Below, piece by piece: positions 17,689 through 26,939 of a DNA stretch of 64,000 bases (position 1 is its first letter; every line of letters starts with the position of its first letter). Both the position numbers and the translations under genes were made by a program. The stretch is from positions 499 through 64,498 of the forward strand of contig CAYHFJ010000002.1 of assembly GCA_964355885.1 (NCBI GenBank). Direction: 5' to 3'. This stretch comes from an uncultured Flavobacteriales bacterium (GTDB taxonomy: Bacteria; Bacteroidota; Bacteroidia; AKYH767-A; 2013-40CM-41-45). The notes under the pieces were generated by a model. The model was given only the letters and a program-made list of their open reading frames with translations, ran no database searches and was not told where the DNA came from.

Positions 17689-18555
17689 TCAATAAGCAGT
17701 TTCCTTTTCTGTTGCCTCAAGAAAAATTGGTTCCGTCATTTTTCGGATCAGCCTAAGATCTTCCGCCTTCTGAAACAACCGATAAACTGCCTCACGACCC
17801 TTTTTCCCCAGATCAAGTGAGGATTCGTTCACGTACAATGCGATGTGTTTTTTGATCACAGCTTCTTCCATTTCCTGCGAGTTCAGTTTAATAAAATCAG
17901 TGGAGGATGATGGATTGGAAAATGCAAATTCGATACTTTTTCTCACCAGTTCATTCACCTTTAGTTTCAGGTTTTCACTTAAATTCCGTTTGATGGCAAT
18001 TCCTCCAAGGGGGATAGCCATGCCGCTATATTCTTCCCATTTAGTCCCCAGATCTGCGATTTTGAAGAGTCCTTTTTTCTCGTATGTAAATCTGTTTTCA
18101 TGGATAATAACTCCGGCGTCAACTTCTCCTGATAGTACGGCATCTTCAATCCCGGAAAATACAATTTCCTTTTTATTAATAATTTGTGGATAGAAGAGAG
18201 AGAATAAAAAATTGGCTGTTGTATATTTCCCCGGTATGGCGACTAATCCGATTTCCTTTTCAGGATTCCGCAGTTTTCGTTTTGAAATCAATAAAGGACC
18301 GACTCCATAGCCTAATGCAGCGCCTGAATCTAATAGTTGATACTGATCACTCAGAAATCCATAAGCAAAGAAGCTCAGTTTTGTAATATCCAATTCCGAT
18401 GAAAAGGCTTTTTGATTCAGGCTTTCAACATCTTCAATTATCGGCTTGAAACTTAATCCTCCGGTTTCAATTTTGTGATTAATAAGAGCGTCAAAAATAA
18501 AAGTATCGTTGGGACATGGAGAAAATCCCAGGGTTAATGACGTCTTGTTATTCAT
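17689..18555 (-). CDS. mqnD: 1,4-dihydroxy-6-naphthoate synthase (futalosine pathway)
   Basis: The N-terminus LGFSPCPNDTFIFDAL is characteristic of MqnD. The gene is adjacent to mqnB. Confidence 0.8.
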   Translation of the reverse strand: MNNKTSLTLGFSPCPNDTFIFDALINHKIETGGLSFKPIIEDVESLNQKAFSSELDITKLSFFAYGFLSDQYQLLDSGAALGYGVGPLLISKRKLRNPEKEIGLVAIPGKYTTANFLFSLFYPQIINKKEIVFSGIEDAVLSGEVDAGVIIHENRFTYEKKGLFKIADLGTKWEEYSGMAIPLGGIAIKRNLSENLKLKVNELVRKSIEFAFSNPSSSTDFIKLNSQEMEEAVIKKHIALYVNESSLDLGKKGREAVYRLFQKAEDLRLIRKMTEPIFLEATEKETAY

Positions 18556-18573
18556 TGAAAGAAAAGATTAGAT

Positions 18574-19191
18574 TCATATTTTTTCAAGTAGCATTGCAAT
18601 TGCATGTTTCATACTTCTAAGAGCCAGTGGTATTTCCCAGTTGGCTTTGTTTCTCTCTTCCACGTAATTTGAAATGGCTCTTAACTGTATAGAAGGGATA
18701 TTGTAACGACCGCAGACATAAAAAAAAGCGGCACCTTCCATGGTTTCGATATGCGGGTGAAAACGTTCGCTTACTTTTCTGATGCTTTCTTTGTTTCCAT
18801 GGACAGTATTTACAGTGATGCTCCGGACCCTTTTGAATTCTTCTATCTCTTTTATCCTGACTTCATCCAAATTTAGCAATATATCCGTTCCTTCAAGTCC
18901 CATTTCATTTAAGGTAAGAAATTCTTCACCATTTTCCGCGCCTAATTCGGATAGAATATCCTCTGTGACGCGTACTATTTCTCCGGGTTTTAAAGTCCGG
19001 TCGAAAGCACCAGCCAGCCCTATATTCACCGCAAGTTCGTATGGTTTGGAGGCGAAAGCGCGACTTAATGAATAGCTTGTGGCAACCATTCCAATACCGG
19101 TTACAAAAAATTCAACTTTATGCTTTCGGAACCAAATATCTCTTAAAGGTGCTATTTCTTCTTCGGTGGCTGCTGATAACAGGATATCCAT
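18574..19191 (-). CDS. mqnB: Futalosine hydrolase (nucleosidase family)
   Basis: 205 aa of the PNP/UDP-phosphorylase-like family (VTGIGMVATS, ETMEGAAFFYVC). It lies upstream of mqnD on the same strand. Confidence 0.75.
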   Translation of the reverse strand: MDILLSAATEEEIAPLRDIWFRKHKVEFFVTGIGMVATSYSLSRAFASKPYELAVNIGLAGAFDRTLKPGEIVRVTEDILSELGAENGEEFLTLNEMGLEGTDILLNLDEVRIKEIEEFKRVRSITVNTVHGNKESIRKVSERFHPHIETMEGAAFFYVCGRYNIPSIQLRAISNYVEERNKANWEIPLALRSMKHAIAMLLEKI

Positions 19192-19238
19192 AGCACAAAG
19201 ATAGAAAGGAAATGAAAGCCATCTTGTTATGAATCTTG

Positions 19239-19246
19239 TATCTTTG
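19239..19246 (+). promoter_or_regulatory. Bacteroidota-type -7 box for queD-folE
   Basis: TATCTTTG (TAnnTTTG) begins 27 nt upstream of the queD ATG at 19266. Confidence 0.4.
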
Positions 19247-19265
19247 CAAACATTATACCCGATAA

Positions 19266-19679
19266 ATGGTTTATATAACGCGAAAAGAGACCTTTAGTGC
19301 AGCACACAAACTATCCCGAAAAGACTGGTCAGAAGAAAAGAACAAGGAGGTTTTTGGGAAGTGTTCAAACGAAAATTGGCATGGTCATAATTACCTGCTA
19401 TGGGTAACAGTCAAGGGAGAAGTAAATCCTGAAACAGGATTTGTAACTAACCTGTCAGACATAAGTATGTTGATAAAGGCGTTTATTCTTGACAAATTGG
19501 ATCACAGGAATCTGAATATGGATGTTGATTTTATGAAAGGAAAGTATACTTCTACTGAAGTTTTAGCTATAGAGATTTGGAAACAGCTTGAGAAGCCAAT
19601 TAATAACTTAGGTTGTGTTTTACATTGTGTAAAGGTTCAGGAAACCGAAAAGAATACTGTCGAATATTTTGGATCATAA
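19266..19679 (+). CDS. queD: 6-carboxy-5,6,7,8-tetrahydropterin synthase (PTPS family)
   Basis: TFSAAHKL and GKCSNENWHGHNY motifs (Cys plus the HGH zinc site). Confidence 0.85.
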   Translation: MVYITRKETFSAAHKLSRKDWSEEKNKEVFGKCSNENWHGHNYLLWVTVKGEVNPETGFVTNLSDISMLIKAFILDKLDHRNLNMDVDFMKGKYTSTEVLAIEIWKQLEKPINNLGCVLHCVKVQETEKNTVEYFGS

Positions 19680-19688
19680 ACAAAGCTT

Positions 19689-20324
19689 ATGAACAGGGAC
19701 AAAAAAATGCCGGAAGAGAATGAGATGGACGGCTACTCCAAAGCCGATCATTATAATCCTGAATTAATTGAAAAATTGTCTCGGCATTACAGTGCTATTA
19801 TTAGTGGCACCGGTGAAGATGTGAAAAGGGAGGGGCTTCTAAAAACACCTGAAAGGGCAGCAAAAGCGATACAATTTCTTACTCATGGCTATGACCTCGA
19901 TCCAGCCGCTATATTAAAATCTGCCATTTTTAAGGATGATTACAGACAAATGGTCATTGTTAAGGATATAGAAATTTACTCCATGTGTGAGCATCATTTA
20001 CTCCCCTTTTTCGGAAAGGCACATATAGCGTATATTCCAAATGGATCCATAGTAGGTCTCAGCAAGATTCCACGTGTCGTAGATGCTTTTGCACGCCGGC
20101 TGCAGGTTCAGGAGAGGCTTACAATGGACATAAGAGATTGCATACATGATACCCTCAAACCCTTAGGAGTGGCTGTGGTTATCGAAGCCAAACACCTTTG
20201 TATGTTGATGCGCGGGATCCAAAAGCAAAATTCGGTAGCCACAACCTCCGCTTTTACGGGAGAATTTGAAAATGAGAAAACTAGGGCGGAGTTCTTCAGA
20301 CTGATAGCTGCCAATCTTTCATAA
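19689..20324 (+). CDS. folE: GTP cyclohydrolase I
   Basis: [22 protein letters not shown] and HLCMLMRG motifs. Confidence 0.92.
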   Translation: MNRDKKMPEENEMDGYSKADHYNPELIEKLSRHYSAIISGTGEDVKREGLLKTPERAAKAIQFLTHGYDLDPAAILKSAIFKDDYRQMVIVKDIEIYSMCEHHLLPFFGKAHIAYIPNGSIVGLSKIPRVVDAFARRLQVQERLTMDIRDCIHDTLKPLGVAVVIEAKHLCMLMRGIQKQNSVATTSAFTGEFENEKTRAEFFRLIAANLS

Positions 20325-20450
20325 ATATTTATTTTGGCAGGAGAATTGATAAGTGTGGACTGAAAAATTATAAAAATAGTCGATTAAAATTGAAAACAGA
20401 CACTGTAATCATTTTAATCATAATTTTGTAAACCGATTTAAAAGAACAAG

Positions 20451-21185
20451 ATGGATAACAATAATCTGAATTTTAACCTGAGTAATCAACCGGGTTTGGC
20501 CGATGCCACAAAAACAAAATCATTTCTGTCGGGAGTCTTTTCTTGGATGGGAATAGCACTTGCTATTTCTGCAGTTACAGCCTATGTTTTCGGGACTGAC
20601 ATGTCATATATGAGTTACCTGATTAACACAGAAAGTGGAGGCATGTCCGGGTTGGGATATGTTGTAATGTTTGCTCCACTTGGTTTGGTCTTATTGATGG
20701 GAATGGGCTTCAATAAATTGTCAGTTACCGCAATGACCGGTGTGTTTTTATTATATTCGATCATAATGGGTGTGAGTTTGAGTTTCATCTTTCTGGCTTA
20801 TACTCAAAGTGTAATTTATCAGGTATTCTTCATCGCTGCAGCAATGTTTGGTACCATGGCTTTAGTTGGATATACTACCAAGACAGATCTTACAAAACTT
20901 GGCAGTCTGTTGTTTATGGCCTTGATCGGAATTATTATTGCCAGTGTGGTGAACATGTTTTTGAGGAGTGGTGGGCTTAGTTACGTGATTAGTTTTATCG
21001 CAGTAATTGTATTCACCGGACTTACCGCTTACGACGTTCAAAAACTAAAAAACATTGGCAATACCGTTGAAGGTGGTACCGAAGCAACCGCCAAAATGAG
21101 TATACTTGGTGCATTGACCTTATATCTTGACTTTATCAACTTGTTTCTTGCTTTGCTTCGTATTTTCGGCGGACGCAAAGACTAA
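20451..21185 (+). CDS. Bax inhibitor-1/YccA family membrane protein
   Basis: Seven hydrophobic helices, a C-terminal LYLDFINLFLALLRIFGG motif and a basic end. Confidence 0.85.
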   Translation: MDNNNLNFNLSNQPGLADATKTKSFLSGVFSWMGIALAISAVTAYVFGTDMSYMSYLINTESGGMSGLGYVVMFAPLGLVLLMGMGFNKLSVTAMTGVFLLYSIIMGVSLSFIFLAYTQSVIYQVFFIAAAMFGTMALVGYTTKTDLTKLGSLLFMALIGIIIASVVNMFLRSGGLSYVISFIAVIVFTGLTAYDVQKLKNIGNTVEGGTEATAKMSILGALTLYLDFINLFLALLRIFGGRKD

Positions 21186-21211
21186 GAGTTCATTCCAATA
21201 GGATTATACTG

Positions 21212-21237
21212 CCCCGGATCAAATCCGGGGTTTTTTT
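21212..21237 (+). terminator. Rho-independent terminator after the BI-1 family gene
   Basis: CCCCGGAT (21212-21219), caa loop, ATCCGGGG (21223-21230), then T7. Confidence 0.8.
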
Positions 21238-21319
21238 ATTTGGGATATATAAAGTATTATTTCTGCTTTGATAAGATTCTATCCGTGCTTATATTGCTGA
21301 ACACAAAAATCAGCGTAAG

Positions 21320-22207
21320 ATGAAGAAAGCTTATTTATTTCCCGGGCAGGGTTCTCAGTTTTCCGGAATGGGGAAAGAACTTTATGAAATGGATGCGGAA
21401 GCCAAAAGGATGTTTGAAAATGCTAACGATATTCTCGGGTTCAGAATTACTGATGTGATGTTTTCCGGAACAGATGAAGAGTTAAAGCAAACCCGCGTTA
21501 CCCAACCGGCTATTTTTCTTCACTCCGTTGTTTTACATCGTACACTCGGTGAATTATTTGATGCCTCCATGGTCGCCGGTCATTCATTGGGAGAATTTTC
21601 TGCTCTTGTTGCCAATAAAACACTGAGCTTTGAGGATGGATTAAAATTAGTTACCGTTCGCGCCAAAGCTATGCAAAAGGCCTGTGAAATTGTTCCTTCA
21701 ACGATGGCCGCTATTCTTAATCTCGATGATAAAATTGTCGAAGATATTTGTGCGGAAATTACAGCCTCCGGAGAAACAGTTGTTGCCGCGAATTATAATT
21801 GCCCCGGACAACTTGTTATTTCAGGATCAATAAAAGGTATCGATATGGCTTGTGAAAGAATGAAAGCGGCAGGGGCAAAGAGGGCATTGGTACTGAGTGT
21901 AGGTGGAGCTTTTCATTCACCCTTTATGGAACCGGCAAGGGAAGAATTGGCAGCTGCCATACATTCAACTGCTTTCCATGAGCCGATTTGTCCTGTTTAT
22001 CAAAATGTAAATGGAATGCCGGTATCGGATCCTTCAGAAATAAAAACTAATCTGATTAAGCAGTTAACCGCTGCAGTGAGATGGACACAGACAATTCAAA
22101 ATATGGTTACTGACGGTGCTGCACAATTTATTGAAGTAGGACCCGGTAAGGTGTTACAGGGGCTTGTAAAGAAGATCAATAAGGAGATTGATGCAGTTTC
22201 AGCTTAG
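21320..22207 (+). CDS. fabD: Malonyl-CoA:ACP transacylase
   Basis: FPGQGSQ start, the active-site motif GHSLGEFSA, and the AFHSP motif. Confidence 0.93.
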   Translation: MKKAYLFPGQGSQFSGMGKELYEMDAEAKRMFENANDILGFRITDVMFSGTDEELKQTRVTQPAIFLHSVVLHRTLGELFDASMVAGHSLGEFSALVANKTLSFEDGLKLVTVRAKAMQKACEIVPSTMAAILNLDDKIVEDICAEITASGETVVAANYNCPGQLVISGSIKGIDMACERMKAAGAKRALVLSVGGAFHSPFMEPAREELAAAIHSTAFHEPICPVYQNVNGMPVSDPSEIKTNLIKQLTAAVRWTQTIQNMVTDGAAQFIEVGPGKVLQGLVKKINKEIDAVSA

Positions 22208-22261
22208 GAAATATACATGTTGTTTAAATAAGTTTTATAATTCTTAAGTTCAGATTTATTA

Positions 22262-23788
22262 ATGGCAATTTTAAATTCCATTCTTAGTTGGCTAATGAAA
22301 AAGCGGATCCATCAAATCGAGCTTTTCATTAAGTATCCGCATGAAGTACAGCAAGACTGGTTCCTCCGGTTGGTCGATAATGCCAAAAATACCGAATGGG
22401 GATTGACTTTTGATTATAAATCTATTCGAAAGATTGAAGATTTCAAGAACAGGGTACCTGTTCAGAATTATGAATCAACAAAGCCCTTTATTGATCGGTT
22501 AATGAAGGGAGAACAGAATATTCTATGGCCATCAGACATAAAATGGTTTGCAAAATCATCGGGTACCACTGCTGGAAAAAGTAAGTTTATTCCTGTCAGT
22601 TCAGAAGCGATGGAAGAATGTCACTTTAAAGGCGGAAAGGATTTGCTTTCTCTGTATTGTAATAATAATCCGGATACTACAATTTTTACCGGAAAGGGGT
22701 TGAGTTTGGGAGGCAGTCATCAACTTAATATTGAAAGTAATGATTCATTTTATGGTGACATCTCCGCTATTATCCTGCAAAATCTTCCTTTCTGGGTGCA
22801 GATGATTCGTACGCCCGAATTGTCAATTGCCTTAATGGATCGTTGGGAAGAGAAAATTGAGAAGATGGTAGAGGCTACACTAAAAGAGAATGTCACCAGT
22901 CTGAGTGGTGTTCCAACCTGGACAATTGTTCTTGCCAAAAAGGTATTGGAAGTTACGGGGAAAAAAAATCTTTTGGAAGTATGGCCGAATTTAGAATTGT
23001 TTATTCATGGAGCAGTCAGTTTTGCTCCATACAAAGATCAATTTCGGGAATTAATTCCATCCCCGGATTTCCATTATGTTGAAACTTATAATGCCTCTGA
23101 AGGATTTTTCGGAATTCAGGATAGACTCTCGGCCAATGACATGTTACTTATGTTGGATTATGGAGTGTTTTACGAATTCATGCCAATGGAAGAGTATGGA
23201 AAAGATGACCCCCGGACCATTCAGCTGGAAGACGTGGAGTTAAATATAAATTATGCGATAGTGATCTCCACCAATGCCGGACTTTGGCGCTATCTCATTG
23301 GGGATACCATCCGATTTACCAATAAGCATCCTTATCGTATTCGGGTTACGGGTCGTACAAAATTATTTATCAATGCCTTTGGAGAGGAAGTTATTATTGA
23401 AAATACCGATGAGGCAATACGTATCGCCGCGGAAAAGACGGACTGCACAGTTAAGGATTATACTGTAGCTCCGATATATTTTTCCGCTGGGGAGAATGGC
23501 GCGCATGAATGGCTGATTGAATTTGAAAGAGCCCCCATTAGTCTTGAGTATTTTACCACTGTTCTTGATAATGCGTTGAAGTCGCTTAATTCCGATTATG
23601 AAGCCAAAAGGTACCAGGATATTGCTTTGAGAATGCCTGTCCTCAGAAAATTGGATAATGGTAGTTTTTATGAATGGTTGAAAAGTAAGGGAAAGCTTGG
23701 GGGGCAGTATAAAGTTCCGCGTTTGAGTAATAATCGGGAAGTTGTAGAGGATATCATTGGTGTTTTACGTTTAACCCCATTTAAATAA
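22262..23788 (+). CDS. GH3 family (auxin-responsive-promoter-like) acyl-acid amido synthetase homologue
   Basis: 508 aa. The N-terminus LMKKRIHQIELFIKYPHEVQQDWF and the SSGTTAGKSKFIP adenylation motif are typical of bacterial GH3 proteins. Confidence 0.8.
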   Translation: MAILNSILSWLMKKRIHQIELFIKYPHEVQQDWFLRLVDNAKNTEWGLTFDYKSIRKIEDFKNRVPVQNYESTKPFIDRLMKGEQNILWPSDIKWFAKSSGTTAGKSKFIPVSSEAMEECHFKGGKDLLSLYCNNNPDTTIFTGKGLSLGGSHQLNIESNDSFYGDISAIILQNLPFWVQMIRTPELSIALMDRWEEKIEKMVEATLKENVTSLSGVPTWTIVLAKKVLEVTGKKNLLEVWPNLELFIHGAVSFAPYKDQFRELIPSPDFHYVETYNASEGFFGIQDRLSANDMLLMLDYGVFYEFMPMEEYGKDDPRTIQLEDVELNINYAIVISTNAGLWRYLIGDTIRFTNKHPYRIRVTGRTKLFINAFGEEVIIENTDEAIRIAAEKTDCTVKDYTVAPIYFSAGENGAHEWLIEFERAPISLEYFTTVLDNALKSLNSDYEAKRYQDIALRMPVLRKLDNGSFYEWLKSKGKLGGQYKVPRLSNNREVVEDIIGVLRLTPFK

Positions 23789-23793
23789 ACAGT

Positions 23794-24579
23794 ATGAAAT
23801 ACCTTATCCTGTTGATGTTACTTTTTTCTTTGAGTTTTAGGGCTGGTGACTATACATTGATTGAAGGAATACCATTTAGCGGAGTCAACCATTTCAGTAC
23901 TGATAATTTAGGCAATGCCTATGTAATTGTCGCGAACCAACTTCTTCAATTTAATTCAAATGGGAAACCCAAAGCAAATTTCAGTGAAGTTAATTTGGGT
24001 GAATTACGCAGCATAGATGTTTCTGATCCTATGAAATTAATACTATTCTATCCTGATTTTAGCAGATTGATTATTTTAAATGCTCAACTTGCTTTACAAT
24101 CAAGTATTCATTTGAGACAAGTTGGTATAGAGCAGGCAATGCTTGCGTGTGGTTCTTCTTATGGTGGATATTGGGTTTTTGATCAGCAGGATTTTCAATT
24201 GAAAAAAATTGACTTAAACCTGCAGATTGTTTATCAAAGTGGGGATATGTTGAGCCTGACGGCCGTTAATGTAAAACCGAATTATATCATCGAGAATAAC
24301 GGTTTTGTTTTCCTGAACGATCCGGTAAATGGGATTTTTGTTTTTGACCGTTATGGCACTTACTTCAAAACTATACCGGTAAAGATCGAATCATGTTTTC
24401 AAATAATTGAGAATGAATTACTCTACATTTCGGGAGCTTCATTAAAAGTAATTCATTTGAAAACCTTCGCGGAACGGGAGATTCTGTTACCTTCACATAA
24501 TGATATCAAATGTGCAAGAATAGAGAATCAGGAACTTTATTTATTAACAAGTGACTCATTGAGTTTTTATTCTTTTTAG
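23794..24579 (+). CDS. Secreted hypothetical protein, beta-rich (possibly propeller-like)
   Basis: Signal peptide and repeated short hydrophobic strands. It starts 5 nt after the GH3 stop. I recognised no family. Confidence 0.4.
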   Translation: MKYLILLMLLFSLSFRAGDYTLIEGIPFSGVNHFSTDNLGNAYVIVANQLLQFNSNGKPKANFSEVNLGELRSIDVSDPMKLILFYPDFSRLIILNAQLALQSSIHLRQVGIEQAMLACGSSYGGYWVFDQQDFQLKKIDLNLQIVYQSGDMLSLTAVNVKPNYIIENNGFVFLNDPVNGIFVFDRYGTYFKTIPVKIESCFQIIENELLYISGASLKVIHLKTFAEREILLPSHNDIKCARIENQELYLLTSDSLSFYSF

Positions 24580-24628
24580 ATTCGCATCAGGAAAGAAACA
24601 CAATTACTAATCAACAATATTTATACCC

Positions 24629-25381
24629 ATGGCTTCAAAGTCCACGACAATTAGTAAATCTGGTACTAAAACGTCCACAAAGAATTCTACTGCCAAGAGT
24701 GCCGTTAAAAGTACTCCTGCGAAGAATACTGAGAAGTATGCTCCGACAAAGAAGCAGCTATCTCCTTTGCACATAGCAATAGCCGGGAATATTGGTGCAG
24801 GAAAGACCACACTGACATCCCTTTTGGCCAAGAACATGAAATGGGATCCTCATTATGAAGACGTCGATGATAATCCATACCTTAATGATTTTTACGAGGA
24901 CATGCAACGATGGTCATTCAATCTGCAAATCTTCTTTTTGAATTCCAGATTTGAACAAATTACCAGAATCCGTCAAAGCGGAAAAACGGTGATTCAGGAT
25001 AGGACAATTTATGAAGATGCACACATTTTTGCACCGAATCTTCATTCGATGGGTTTAATGACGACACGTGATTTTAATAATTATCAGGAACTCTTTAACC
25101 TGATGAGTAAGTTCGTTTCCCCTCCGGATCTTCTTATTTACCTTCGAGGAAGTGTTCCTACCCTTGTGAATCAGATCGCAAAACGTGGACGGGATTATGA
25201 GAACTCAATTCGTATTGATTACTTAAAGCGACTCAATGAACGCTATGAAGCATGGATTTCTACCTATGAGCAAGGAAAATTATTGATTATCGACATTGAT
25301 GATTTAAACTTCGCGGATAATCCTGAAGATCTGGGAAAAATCGTAAATAAGATAAATGCCGAAATAAACGGCTTATTTTAA
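24629..25381 (+). CDS. Deoxynucleoside kinase with an apparent 46-aa S/T/K-rich N-terminal extension
   Basis: P-loop IAIAGNIGAGKTT, a DRTIYED motif, and a C-terminal dNK-like region. The ATG at 24629 is the only in-frame ATG before the P-loop. An in-frame TTG at 24767 would give the canonical MHIAIAGN start. Confidence 0.8.
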   Translation: MASKSTTISKSGTKTSTKNSTAKSAVKSTPAKNTEKYAPTKKQLSPLHIAIAGNIGAGKTTLTSLLAKNMKWDPHYEDVDDNPYLNDFYEDMQRWSFNLQIFFLNSRFEQITRIRQSGKTVIQDRTIYEDAHIFAPNLHSMGLMTTRDFNNYQELFNLMSKFVSPPDLLIYLRGSVPTLVNQIAKRGRDYENSIRIDYLKRLNERYEAWISTYEQGKLLIIDIDDLNFADNPEDLGKIVNKINAEINGLF

Positions 25382-25397
25382 AACTCAGAATATTTAT

Positions 25398-25442
25398 AAA
25401 AAAACGCCGGAATCCTGAAAAGGGAATTCCGGCGTTTTTTTT
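25398..25442. terminator. Bidirectional rho-independent terminator between convergent genes
   Basis: A7 run, CGCCGGAAT (25405-25413), loop, ATTCCGGCG (25426-25434), then a T8 run. It can serve both the dNK gene (+) and the cytochrome c gene (-). Confidence 0.8.
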
Positions 25443-25564
25443 GCCTGCAATGGGTAGAAGTTTTTGCAAAAATTGCATTCGGTGATTTGCCCTGACCTAT
25501 TACAGAATCCGGCCTCATGAATAAAATTGGGACAGGAAATTTTAACCTTCCGGTACATTTGGGT

Positions 25565-26566
25565 TTATATTCCTCCGCTGTTTGGGACAAATGTTGTGAC
25601 CGCGTTTTTTACAGGGGGAATCGTGCGGAGGTATTCATAAATCGCTCCTAAATCTTCCTCAGTCATCCCACCTAAAACTGTCCAGGGCATAACTGTGTTT
25701 TTCTGATGTGCGGCGACAGGAATCATCATAGGATGACCGCTGGAATCAACAAATGCCTTAAATTTTCCTATGAATCTTTCCTTTGAAAGTAAGCCGATTC
25801 CGGTCTCATTATCAGGTGTGATGTTAGAAGAATAATTTACATCGCCATTTGGATAGGTAAATTTTAAACCTCCGGCAAATTCCATTCCGGGTAAAAATTT
25901 TCCTTCTTCAGATTTTGTGTGGCAATGAATACAGGCTACAGCATTTATCAAATACTTTCCGTATTCAATAGTATTCGATTTATCAGGTACTGCTGCCAAT
26001 AAATTAGATTCCACCGGGATTGTTTTTACGATAAAGTTCAATGGGAAATTGAGACTGCGTTCCGGTACAACATTTTCAATAGCAGGAAGTGTTCTGATGT
26101 AAGCAATAATACTTAAAACGTCTTCTTTGGCCATTCCCGCGTAATGAGTGTATGGCATGAGCGGAAACAAAGCTACATTGTCCTTGCTCAAACCTGCAGT
26201 GATGGCACGCATAATCTCTCCATTTGTCCAGTTGCCGATGCCTGCGGGTGTTATGTTTGTTGCATAAATTATTCCCGGAACATTTGCTTTAGCTTGGTCA
26301 AACGATTCACCACCTTTTCCCCAGGTGCCATCAACGATAGGTCCTGCGTAGTATTCAAAATTACGCGTTGAATGACAATCAAGACAAAGTGTGACATGAT
26401 GAACAAGGTATTCACCTCTTGCAATCTGTTTAGGAGTAGCATCGAGATGAAAGTCATTTGCCGAAATTTTTACGGGGAAGGCGGAATTAAAATAGAGTAA
26501 TCCTGCGCTTGCTGCAATGACAAGAAACAGAACCAGGAATCCTAAGACGCGTAATACCTTTTTCAT
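25565..26566 (-). CDS. Membrane-anchored diheme c-type cytochrome
   Basis: N-terminal TM anchor and two heme c sites, CLDCHS and CIHCHT. Confidence 0.8.
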   Translation of the reverse strand: MKKVLRVLGFLVLFLVIAASAGLLYFNSAFPVKISANDFHLDATPKQIARGEYLVHHVTLCLDCHSTRNFEYYAGPIVDGTWGKGGESFDQAKANVPGIIYATNITPAGIGNWTNGEIMRAITAGLSKDNVALFPLMPYTHYAGMAKEDVLSIIAYIRTLPAIENVVPERSLNFPLNFIVKTIPVESNLLAAVPDKSNTIEYGKYLINAVACIHCHTKSEEGKFLPGMEFAGGLKFTYPNGDVNYSSNITPDNETGIGLLSKERFIGKFKAFVDSSGHPMMIPVAAHQKNTVMPWTVLGGMTEEDLGAIYEYLRTIPPVKNAVTTFVPNSGGI

Positions 26567-26907
26567 GTTGAAGAGTTTTTATATATGCAAAGTGTGAGTT
26601 ATGAATACAAATGTTCAAAAAAATATTAATAATTTAATTTTTGATTTTGAAAAATTATGAACAAACTACCGATTTGTTCAATATTTAATCTTTTTATTGC
26701 AGAATCAAACTTTCCCATGAGTTCGCTTCTTGAGATTTCTTGTTTTTTACCCATGTATCAGAAATGGCCTCAATCCTTGAAAATAAGACAGCTGGAATGA
26801 GCAGGGTGTATCCAGAATTTTAAAAGCAATTATTACTCAACGCTTGAAAAAGGTAAGATTGGCAGTATTCTAAATGATTCAAATCATCCCTCAATAGTTG
26901 TGAGTTG

Positions 26908-26915
26908 GTATCTTT
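26908..26915 (+). promoter_or_regulatory. Bacteroidota-type -7 box for the Na/Pi cotransporter gene
   Basis: TATCTTTG begins 32 nt upstream of the ATG at 26940. Confidence 0.4.
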
Positions 26916-26939
26916 GTTCAAGAAATGATATGATGAATT

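Noticed and set aside
24607-24837. A 76-aa minus-strand ORF opposite the start of the deoxynucleoside kinase gene.
   Set aside because: It is antisense to the P-loop coding region of a confident gene and is likely a shadow ORF.
26658-26801. A 47-aa ORF (MNKLPICSIFNLF...) and the hairpin GAACAAA-N7-TTTGTTC (26659-26679) in the divergent region between the cytochrome c and Na/Pi transporter genes.
   Set aside because: The ORF has no start context, a low-complexity hydrophobic translation, and no partner features. The hairpin is AT-rich and lies upstream of both genes, so it is not a terminator. The evidence is too weak to call.
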